Made by a program: the position numbers and the translations under genes. The notes under the pieces are model-generated. The model saw nothing but the letters and a program-made list of their open reading frames with translations, searched no databases and was not told the origin of the DNA. Shown piece by piece: positions 53,943 through 64,000 of a stretch of 64,000 nt of DNA. The number at the start of each line of letters is the position of its first letter. Positions within the stretch are counted from its first letter, which is position 1. The DNA lies in NCBI RefSeq assembly GCF_006345805.1, contig NC_043018.1:24552001-24616000 (forward strand). Direction: 5' to 3'. The DNA comes from Octopus sinensis. Its lineage: Eukaryota.

Positions 53943-54140
53943 GCGTGTGTACTGTTGGCGATTTTTTTCCCCCTGTCTTCCCTTCTCTGGATCCTTCCTT
54001 CTATGTTTCCGACGAAGAGCTCCGCTCGAAACGTTTAACCCTCCTTCTTTCCTTCTTTCCTGAGCATCCAATAATACTATATTTGTTCCACGTCCTCGCG
54101 TTGCATTTTTTTTTGTGCTTTCATGTTTGGATTAACTTTA
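53941..54140 (+). mobile_element. Short Penelope-like/retrozyme element in (TA)n with a decayed hammerhead at 54005-54039
   Basis: GTTT-CCGACGA-AGAGC/tcc/GCTC-GAAA-CG-TT-TAAC. Confidence 0.65.
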
Positions 54141-54381
54141 TATATATATATATATATATATTGATTGATTGATTAATTGAAACGCTAACTTGCTTTGAGA
54201 ATTAGGAGATTAAAAGGAACGCGTGTCTTTGGAGTACTCAGTCATTTAGCAAGTTAATTTAACGTGTGAAATCAATTGATCCAATTCTTGAATGGTCATC
54301 ATCGGAAATGATGCGCGAACCATCACTGCCGCTACCTTATCATTATTATTATCATTATTATTATTATCATTATTATTATTA

Positions 54382-54412
<31 letters not shown>

Positions 54413-54919
54413 AACAACAACAACAACAACAAAGATATTGACATTGACAACAGCAATGATAATAAACGCCATCGTGTAAAGTAACTGTAGTAAAAACAAA
54501 AGCTCTCCTACAACAAAGCGAACCTGTACAGTAACTAAAAGAACAATGCTAACCTGCACTACAACAACATCAAGAAGACTAGACGATGTAATAAACCCTC
54601 CATTTTCCTTTCTCTCAACCCACGTGACAGGAAATGTAAGTAATCGACGTTCGCTCCGTTCCCATCAATTGTTTCTGTCTCAAGTAAACCGAGCTGTTAC
54701 TTTCTTCCTATAACACATCTTGGCTCTCTTTTCTTAATGGAATACTAACTGGCTTGTTGTTGTGGTGGTGGTGGTGGTGCTAGCGGAGGTGGTGGTTGTG
54801 GTTGGTAGAGGGGATGTGTGAAGGGGGAAGATTCACTGTTCGTTTTTAACTTCCTTTATACTTTTGATGTATAACGTATTCACTCTATGAACGAACACGT
54901 CTAGGTTTCACTCCGTGCC

Positions 54920-55472
54920 CCCTCATTTTTGCTCTTTCTCCCCCCCCTCTCTCTCTCTCTCTTCCTCCCTTTCTCCTCTGTCTACTTTTCACTCTTTCTA
55001 CCCCCTTTTTTCTCTTACTCTCCGTTCTCTCTCTCTGTTCTTGCTTCCTCCCCTCTTTCTTGCTTCCTCCTCTATCTCTCTCGTTCTTGCTTTCTTCCTT
55101 CTCTCTCTCGCTTTCACCTCTCCTCTCTCTCTCTCTCTCTCTCTCTCCCTTGTTTCTCTCCCCTCTGTCTCCTTCCCTCCCTTCTCTTTCTCTCGCTTTC
55201 ACCTCTGCTCTCTCTCCCCTCTGTCTCCTTCCCTCCCTTCTCTTTCTCTCGCTTTCACCTCTGCTCTCTCTCCTCTCCCGTCTCTTTCCTTCCTCTCCCT
55301 TGTCTCTCTCCCTTCTGTCTCCCTCTCTTCCTTTTCTCTCTCCCTCTGTCTCCCCTTCCTTTTCTCTTTCCTTCTGTCTGCCTCCCTTCCTTTTCTCTCT
55401 CCCCTCTGTCTCCCTCCCTCCCTTCCTTTTCTCTCTCCCCTCTGTCTCCCTCCCTCCCTTCTCTTTCTCTCG
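54920..55472. repeat. Polypyrimidine low-complexity tract with internal duplications
   Basis: Direct inspection. Confidence 0.95.
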
Positions 55473-55622
55473 CTCCAACGACGTGAGCATCCATACTGTC
55501 GAAGTGAAGTGGATATTCTCCAAGAAATTCCAAGTGATAACGAAGAGCTACTCGTGTTTTACTTACATCGTTTCTGTATGAAGATACGTGGCAAAATAGA
55601 TTAAGGGACCGCGAAGAAGCAA

Positions 55623-56197
55623 CGAGGGACATTCCGGAAGTTTTGAGACTTTCTTTTAGGAGAGGGAATTATATACCTCCCAGATTACTTTATAGATTTA
55701 GTTTATCCCTATTATACATCTAATAAGCTGACCCGACAACTTTTATTCCACATCGAAGGAGACGGCTACAACAGCACTTGGAACACACTCTACCAAACAC
55801 TGCTCGTCACGGGTGACCGGTTTGCAGATTGCAACCAGGGCGTGAAGACAGTTTGGGAGCTCGATATGCAATGAAGCTTTGTTTTAAAACTGGGCAAAAT
55901 AAGAAAAGAAAAAAAAAAAGAAACCCTTCAAAAACTTATGAAATGTTCCAGACTGCTTCTCCGTGACTTTTGGTTGTTTCCCAAACTGGAGAAGATGAAA
56001 GCTGCTGTAGCAAGGGCGTTGGTCACCTTCCCTATGGAGGACTTACATTGGCCTTCACCAGGTGGCTAGAGTGCTACAAGTGCTACAAGTGCTTCAAGTG
56101 CTATGAGATCGGAGAGGATTGCTTCAAGTGCTTTGAAGAGGAGATTACAATGAATGCCCCTCTTGAAGATGTCTCAATTCTTTTGGAATGCACTTTG
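55623..56197 (+). mobile_element. Deleted mariner element
   Basis: Imperfect TIRs CGAGGGACATTCCGGAAGTTTTGAGAC / GTCTCAATTCTTTTGGAATGCACTTTG|TA; DFWLFPKL remnant. Confidence 0.6.
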
Positions 56198-56747
56198 TAT
56201 AAGGTTTGTGCAACGTTTTCATGTAAATAAGAGATGATAGAATTTTGCTTCATGACTTTTGGTTTTTATCGCAATTTGCTATCACAGTTTTAGACCTCAA
56301 ATGAGCATGTTAACCGAGTAAAGGTTGAGGGAGATTTGGCTGCTCTTTTTAACAGATCGAGCGATTACATAGAGGCTCCCTTAATTGGCTCGTTGATGTT
56401 AGTGCTGTTGTTGGGTTTTAGACAATCCAACGACCACCCACTGTAAGGCAGGTGAAGTAGGGGTGTATACTTGATTAGATCAACCTAGGTATTTGACTGC
56501 TGTCTACGAGGCAACGAAGGAGCCCCTGCGTAATAACCCCTCTCCCAAACATGCCTCACATTACACTTTCTCAGCTTAAAAATAGGGTCATATATATATA
56601 TATGAATAATGTAGTCTAGGTTTCCTGCACATGGGGGAAATAGCAGGATGGCCATGAACGGAATTCTTTTGATTATGGATCTCATAAGATCAGGTCTGAC
56701 CTGGAGTTAACCAACATCTGTACATTTTAGTATAGACTTAAGCGGAA

Positions 56748-57210
56748 GGTAAATGAACTGGCAGAATCGTTAGGCGGCGATCTGGCAGAAACGTTAGCAC
56801 GCCGGGCGAAATGCATAGCCGTATTTCGTCTGCCGTTACGTTCTGAGTTCAAATTCTGCCGAGGTCGACTTTGCCTTTCATCCTTTCGGGGTCGATAAAT
56901 TAAATACCAGTTACGCACTGGGGTCGATGTAATCGACTTAATACCTTTGTCTGTCCTTGTTTTCCCCCTCTATGTTTAACCCCTAGTGAGCAATAAAGAA
57001 ATAAGAATCGTTAGTGCTTCGCACAAAAGTGCTTAGCGCCATAAGTTCCTGCTGTTTGTGTTCTGAGATCGAATTCCGCCAAGGTGTACTCCACCTTTCA
57101 TCCTTTCGGTGACGAAAAAAGTAAAGTACCAGTCAAATACTGGGGTCGACGGAATTGACTTACCCCTCCACTCAAACTTGCTCGTCTCTTTGCCCTACTT
57201 AGAAAGAATT
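56748..57210 (+). mobile_element. Old SINE C interrupted by a full-length Tx1-tailed SINE C (56773-57003)
   Basis: TSD AGAATCGTTA at 56763-56772 and 57004-57013. Confidence 0.85.
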
Positions 57211-57719
57211 AGACATACCGTACATTTAAAGGTCTGGTGTGTGTGTGTAAATATAGACGTTTTAACGGACCCCGGTTGTTGGTACCGATCTGATATAGGT
57301 ACGACGCCTATAGTACCACAAACATAGTGAAGCAGTAGTAATAGATATAGTGGATTAAGATCTAAATACGGTGTACCTCATGGAGTATGTATAAGTCTTA
57401 TTACTGAGTCTATCTCCTAGGAAGCTAATTCCATGCTGAGCACGTCTTCGTAACAGTTTCGTCCAGAAAGGTACATAGGTGTACTTTGTGCCCTAATTGC
57501 TCATTACATGCAATTTACACTCACACACTGTGATTGTTGGTTGCTAAGGGATTCTATTTTTGTGACACTGTCTCGTGAGAGATACAGTTCTCGAAATAGA
57601 ACGCCCCTTAGCAGGAGACTTGCTGTATACGATGTGGGAAGGGTTAGGTCTTCTGGTGCTTCTCTCTATATATTCGCGTTGGAACCTCAAAAAATTCATG
57701 ATTTTGTTAATATTTGCTG

Positions 57720-57897
57720 AGGTGCATGCATGACTGTGTGGTAGGAATTTTTCTTCCCAACCACATGGTTCCGGGTTCAGTTCCACTGCGTGGTTCCTTG
57801 GGCGAGTGTCGTCTACTAAAGCCTCGTGTCAACCAAAGCCTTGTGAGTGGATTTGGTAGACGGAAACTGAAAGAAGCCCATCATGTCTCTCTCACAC

Positions 57898-57940
<43 letters not shown>

Positions 57941-58175
57941 CATACATACATGCATATATATAATGTATGTCTTTGTGTTTGTCTCCCACCACTGTTTGAC
58001 AACCGGTGTTAGAATGTTTACGTCCTTGTATTTTAGCGGTTCAGCGTAAGAGACTGATAGAATGAACCAATAAATAAATACTGAGTTCGATTCATTCGGC
58101 TAAAAAAAAAAAAAAAGAAAAATTAAGGCAGTGCCCCAGCAAGGCCGCACTCTAATGATTGAAATAAGTAAAAGA
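57720..58175 (+). mobile_element. SINE family A
   Basis: Homology. Confidence 0.85.
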
Positions 58176-58658
58176 TATCTCATTAAGACTGATCGTAATG
58201 TGCTCTACGGGGATCCGTATTTGTCTTCTTGCTAAATCTGTGCGCACACACACTCGTCCATTCATACATTTCAGAACCTCGTAGAATCTAATTTGATCTT
58301 TCGAGAGGCTCTAAGTGTACGTAACGGAGTCGGGTGGGTGTGGGCCTGGGTAAGTACGAAATATCAGGAGGACAAATATTTGTTATGATAAGGTCTATAG
58401 AGGAATGTAACGAAATCTGAGAGCGAAAACTAATAGTCATGTGTAGGTGTGTGTGTGTGGGGGGGGGGAGCGTGGTAACATGCTTTTACAAATGTGTCGC
58501 AACACACAGCCCACGCATGCGTGCAGTCACACACACACACACTCACTCACTCGCCGTATTTCAAAGCTTATAAGATGCAACTCAGTTTTGGCAATCTCTG
58601 TTGAGCAACTCTTATCTAGTAACCACCCCGTCCTCTCCATCGTGTCTGTGTATGTTTG

Positions 58659-58700
<42 letters not shown>

Positions 58701-58703
<3 letters not shown>

Positions 58704-58872
58704 AGAATTCACACACAAAAAAAGCATAAGACGAAGACAGGTGGTGTAGACAACAAACAGATGTATTAGTATAACGCTCGGGAAGTGAAAAAGTCTTTAA
58801 CGTTTCGAGCCTACGCTCTTCCACAGAAAGGAACAAGGAGAGAAAATAAAGAACGTGTAGTGGCTAGCGATC
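58701..58872 (-). mobile_element. Second copy of the hammerhead-like element (motif 58795-58830)
   Basis: Minus strand CTTT-CTGTGGA-AGAGC/gtag/GCTC-GAAA-CG-TT-AAAG; (TA)n on both sides. Confidence 0.7.
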
Positions 58873-59922
58873 TATATATATATATATATATATATATATC
58901 TACACACAGTGCAGGGGCGTGGCTTACTGGTTAGGGTATTTAGCTGACAATCGTAAGGTCGTGAAATCTATACCCGGCGTTGCTTTATGTCCTTCAACAT
59001 TTTATTTCGTCAGGGTGAAAAAGTCGACAAAAAAAAAAAAAAAAAAAAAGAAAAAGGTTTCTTGCCAGTTTTACGGTAGTTTTATATTCATCCTCTGCTG
59101 GTTGCATATCCTTGGCTTTTTCTACATTTCATCTGCCAATTATGAAGCATTGCAACTATTACGTAATTCTGAACCCCCAGAAACAGTCGTCGGACATGAA
59201 ATACCATGCTCTGTCCCTTCAATGTTCTGTATGTTTTTGTGCTCCATGTTAATTTGTTTTGTAAATATATAAATATCTATATGCTTATACATGAGTGTTC
59301 ATTTGGACATATTCAGTCTTTGTCTCTCTGTCTACACACATATACACACATCATGAACAAGTGTTTATATACATCTCTCTTTCTCTCTCTCCCCTTCTCC
59401 CCCCTCTCTCTCTATATATATATTTCTAGGACTTTATGAACAAAAAAATGGGCACTTTATAAGCCGTCAGATACAGTCTGTTTTAGTTGTGTGTGTATGT
59501 GTGTAATTCCGAGTTCTGGCGCGTTTCGAAATTGCGAGTTCTCGGGTTTCGATATCCCTGCCAGTATACTTTGCCCAGTATATCTTTCTACCGGAGCTTC
59601 CAAGCGATCAAACCTTTTGAGTGAAACTCGGTCGCTCATCGGCTAGTCTGTACCTTAGGTATCTTCCACTTGACTTAGAGAATCCGATCTTTCGTTTATA
59701 TTTCGAAATTTCCAGCACATTTTGTCTACCGGGGCCACGGAAAATACTAGAATTTATAAGCGGTTTCTGTTTTAAAGACAAGGTCAGCAATTTTGATGGG
59801 GGAGATGGGAATTAGATGGAAAGCAAATTCAACTTCATTGGAGTTTGAGCTAAGTATTAAAGTCAGAAGAAATGCCACAAAACATTTTGTCTGACACGCT
59901 AACGATTCTGCCTGCTTGCCCC

Positions 59923-60165
59923 AATTGTTCTCAACCATGTTTTGCTTACAGACCCCTTTTGGTTCCTATTTTACTTGGATGGAGCCTCCTAGCCATTCGA
60001 TACTTAAAAATTATTCTATTTTTATAATTAAATATTAGGAATTGTATAAGAAAAATAATTTGGGTATTTTAACAATATAAACAATTCATTGCTCATAAAT
60101 TTTTAGCAACAAAATCTTAAGTAGACCCCCAAGGGTCATATGGACCTTTGGGTTGAGAACCACCG
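59923..60165. mobile_element. hAT/Charlie-like MITE
   Basis: TIR core GTTCTCAACC / GGTTGAGAAC. Confidence 0.7.
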
Positions 60166-60186
60166 AGTTAGACGATAAATAGAAAA

Positions 60187-60530
60187 GAAGCTTGCTTCCA
60201 AGCCACATGGTTCCTGGTTCAGCCCCACTGCGTAGCACCTTGGGAAAATGTCTTGTGCTATAGCTGACCAAAGCCTGGTGAGTGGATTTGGTAGACGGAA
60301 ACTGAAAGAAGCCCGTCGTGTGTGTGTGTGTCTGTTTGTCTCTCCATACCGTTTGACAACCGGTGTTACTGTGTTCACATCTCCGTAACATAGCGGTACG
60401 GCAAACAAGACCAATAGAATAAGTACCAGGTTAAAGAAATAATCCCTGGGGTCGATTTGTTCGACTAAAACCCTTCAAGGTGGTGCTCTAGTATGGCCGC
60501 AGTCAACTGACTGAAACAAGTGAAAAAGAT
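60187..60530 (+). mobile_element. SINE family A
   Basis: Homology. Confidence 0.87.
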
Positions 60531-61889
60531 AATGACATAAAAGAAATTATGTTTTTGTTTTCCTATTTCTTTTCCCTTTTCTTGTTTTCCCATTTTTTCC
60601 CCTTTTTCGTCTTTTTCTATTTTAAAGATTTTTTTTTTTTGCTTTAATGTTGTGAATTAATTATTTCTTTGTGTCTGTAGCGGAGCGTCAAGTACAATTT
60701 TGTGCATTATTAGCAGTTGTTGTTTTTTTTTTTATGTTGCTGTAGTGAAAAGGATTAAGATATTTTCAATTGCGAAAACATCTTGATAAGGTTGGTTTGA
60801 TGAGGCTTTCTCAGTCTTTTTTAGATGCGATTAAGTTGTTTAGTAAAGAGTATATTAAACCTACTTTAGTTAATTATTTTCCCTTTCTTGTTTGTCCATT
60901 TATATTATTATGTTTTGTTTTATTTTTATGAATATTATATAATAGTTACTTTTTGGGGAATGTGGTGGTGGGTACATAAGTATAATGTTGTATTAATGTA
61001 TTTCTAGAATTGGACTGGATTCAGTGATGGGGGCTTGTTGATTTTCTTATAGTTAGAGAAGGAGAAAAGGTATCTATGGTTCCGCACGGGGCCTCTATGA
61101 CTTGTTATAGTGAGGGAGGGCAGTATTCGAAAAGCGGAGGGCTTGTCCTGAATGCTTGTAACAGAACGGACTTCGGTAAAGACAGCCAAGGACCAGGCGG
61201 GGGTGTTAAACCGAGTGTCGGATTCAGTGCACAACCCGAAGAAATAATGGTAGGGTGAGGTAAATTTATCCACCGCTGTGTAGTGGCTTGTATGCCTTTT
61301 AACGGGTTTGATTAGCGTGTCTCTGACGTAATTACAAGTTCTTGGTTCTTATGAGTCGAGGAAAGAAATATACGAAAACGATTTGCAATTAACTGCGAGG
61401 CTTCATTCAACCGCTGAATGAATTTGTACAACAGCTGGTTGGTTACATCATGATGATAACTGTCTGAAGAAAATATACAGATTTGCTTCTCAAATCAGTC
61501 GGAACTTGGTGATGTGTGCTTGGCAGACAGGAACAGAAATACGTGACATTCCTTCATGCTGTCTCTCATTCTCTGTTTATAGGTGCGATACAAAAGGGGA
61601 CACACGTAGCGTGTCAAATTTACCTGCAAAACAACTCTCCTCTCTTTCTGAAGATTCCCACCTCACTGGCGAAAACAGTAAAGATTCTCATTTAAAGATG
61701 CCATCAGGTTCCAGAGAGCAAGCATTTTTTTACCGCGCTTGGTCTGTCATGTGATTCGATTGAACAGCTAACGTATCCAATCTCAACAACGGACTCGGTC
61801 AATGTATTACACCATCACATGACCAAGTCACGTGACCAAGCGTAGAAAACCTGAATATGAGCCATTCTCTGACTATTTAACCCTAGTTA

Positions 61890-62325
61890 GGCGATCTAGT
61901 AACATCCACTTCCTACAGCCTCAATAACCTTGAGAGCTATTCCAACGGAGTGCAACTCTTGGTAGGGTTTACCATGCTGGGTAGGTCAAACGATAGAGGC
62001 TTGACTAATATGGACCCCATGTTTTCCCAGATGTGAAAATGAGTTTTGCTTAGAGCCAATACCCTTACCTAGAAAAAAAAAGCAAGTTACAGAATCATTG
62101 GTGACCATTCTGAACCAATAAAATCTGGGAGAGGAAGGACTTCTCTCGAGAGAACGTATGCCTGAAGTGTAGGTGTGGATGAAACTCAAAAAGGGGACAA
62201 GAGAAGCTGAAAAAAACACAGGAGTTCGACTGGAGAGGAGTAGAAAAGATAGTCCTGAGTAGAAACCGGTGGAAAAAGTAACCGGTGACTTTTGCTCCAT
62301 GAAGAGCAAAGGGATTAAGTGAGTA
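61890..62325 (+). mobile_element. Bipartite RTE-derived element
   Basis: Shares CAACGGAGTGCAA, TAGAGC.AA..C...ACCTAGAAAA, CTGGGAGAGGA and TGCTC...AAGGGATTAAG blocks with 30404-30815. Confidence 0.55.
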
Positions 62326-62738
62326 ATAAGTAGACAGATCTATTGATAGAGATGATTTAGTACTAGCGGTTGAAACTAATTAGAAATGTATGCGATGAAA
62401 TTAGATAAATTACAACTTTTATTGAATTTAATTAAATTTAATACTATGGTGACAAGAGATAAATAGGTGAATTCATGTTGAAGAGATAAACAGGTGAATT
62501 TGCGATGACACATATGTGGAGAGCATTAAACAATAATAACTTAGAAATATAATTAGGTGATGAGATTGACAAAGATAGGCAGACGTTGATATATAGCGAA
62601 GTTAGTGTTGACATATTTAATGCAAGAGTGAGATATGCATATATATAATAAAAATTAAATATAGTTCTGCAATCAATCAATATATATGTGTGTGTGTGTG
62701 TGTGTGTAATGCGCTACACGATTTTGTGTGTGTGTGTG

Positions 62739-62784
<46 letters not shown>

Positions 62785-62884
62785 GTTTGAGTAACGTTTT
62801 AGCGTTTGAAGCTGTTGAATTTGTTCCTCTTGTTAAGATTTATTATGTTTTGTGAACCATTCTACTCGAGCTGGAGTCGTTCTG

Positions 62885-62924
<40 letters not shown>

Positions 62925-62927
62925 GTA

Positions 62928-63332
62928 TGGTGAGCTGGCAGAAACGTTAGCACGCCGGGCGAAATGTTTTGCAACATTTCGTCTGCCGCTACGTTCTGAG
63001 TTCAAATTCCGCCGAGGTCGACTTTGTCTTTCATCCTTTCGGGGTCGATAAATTAAGTACCAGTTACGCACTGGGGTCGATATAATCGACTTAATCCGTT
63101 TGTCTGTCCTTGTTTGTCCTCTCTGTGTGTAGCCTCTTGTGGGCAGTAAAGAAATAGGTATTTCGTCTGACTCTACATTCTGAGTTCAAATTCCGCCGAG
63201 GTCGACTTTGTCTTTCTTCCTTTCGAGGTCGATAAATTAAGTACCAGTTACGTACTGGGGTCGATCTAATCGACTGGCTCCCTCCCTCCAAATTTCAGGC
63301 CTTGTGCCTTGAGCAGAAAGGATTATTATTAT
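62928..63332 (+). mobile_element. SINE C nested dimer (Tx1-type tail, then rest of a tail-2 copy)
   Basis: Junction AAAGAAATA|GGTATTTCGTCTG at 63156/63157. Confidence 0.9.
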
Positions 63333-63387
63333 TTTTGGGGAAGTTCCTTCTGCTATCTTCATTGTCTCATAATGTTTTAATGTTCAT

Positions 63388-63595
63388 GCAGCGAGCTGAC
63401 AGAATCGTTAGCACGCTGGACGACATGCTTGGCGACATTTCGCCTGTTGCTGCATTTTGAGTTCAAATTCCGCCGAGGTTGATTTTGCCTTTCATCCCTT
63501 TCGAGGTCGATAAATTAAGTACCAGTTGCATATTAGGGTTGATCAAATCGACTGCCCCCTCCCCCCTTGTGCCAAAAGTAGAAAGGATTATTTTA
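63388..63595 (+). mobile_element. SINE C, tail 2
   Basis: Head, Meta core, GAAAGGATTATT tail. Confidence 0.88.
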
Positions 63596-64000
63596 TTTAT
63601 TTTCTGGGATGTTCCTTCCGCTGTCTTCATTGTCCCATAATGTTTTAATGTTCATAAATTCCGATGCTTTGCCCGGCATTGCAACATTCATAAGAAATTT
63701 CGATGTTATTTTATCGTTTGGTCTGCCGCAGTATCTATAGTCTAGGCAGTGAAATAGCCTGAATTGTGTTGCGGTTAGGGTTAGGAACACTTTGAAATTA
63801 CAGATTGAAAATTCAGAAAGCCATGATGAACTTCCGCTGTGAATCATACATGTAAAGTATTTTGAGGGTGATAAATGTAATTTTCTTATTTTCCTGTTAT
63901 TTTGGGTTTTTTTTTCTTTTACCTACTTCCTTATCCTCTAATTATAACTTTCATCATTAACTTTCCCAACAATAATTCCGCCATTGTCGACGGTTCAGGT

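Noticed and set aside
54885-55632. Arg/Glu-rich and Leu/Ser-rich ORFs
   Set aside because: Polypurine/polypyrimidine low-complexity tract
61583-61710. Acceptor followed by an open frame
   Set aside because: The phase-1 frame stops, the peptide is unrecognisable and the donors are weak

Overview
Eukaryotic, repeat-saturated, mostly non-genic DNA. The SINE families and microsatellite load look like an octopus (coleoid cephalopod) genome, but that is recognition from memory and was not checked. Almost all ORFs in the track are artefacts of (GATA)n, (CATA)n, (CA)n, (TA)n and (CCA)n tracts or of SINEs. Supportable content: (i) candidate exons of host genes: a minus-strand first exon at 7588-7450, a minus-strand last exon at 24898-24764 ending [11 protein letters not shown], and a plus-strand first exon at 40566-40614 with a GPCR-like glycosylated N-terminus; (ii) many tRNA-derived SINEs; (iii) LINE fragments (Tx1/L1, R4/Dong, Hero, RTE, CR1, Penelope-like); (iv) two Helitrons, Tc1/mariner relics, MITEs and fold-back elements; (v) minimal hammerhead ribozyme motifs; (vi) a 100-N scaffold gap. 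The most interesting pattern is a retroelement system. Tx1-type LINEs sit in (GATA)n or (TAA)n microsatellites, and a Meta-domain SINE subfamily carries the Tx1 3' end. That SINE repeatedly sits inside older copies of its own family, in three cases at the same GGTATTTC position, and one of these has a diagnostic 16-bp target-site duplication (TSD).
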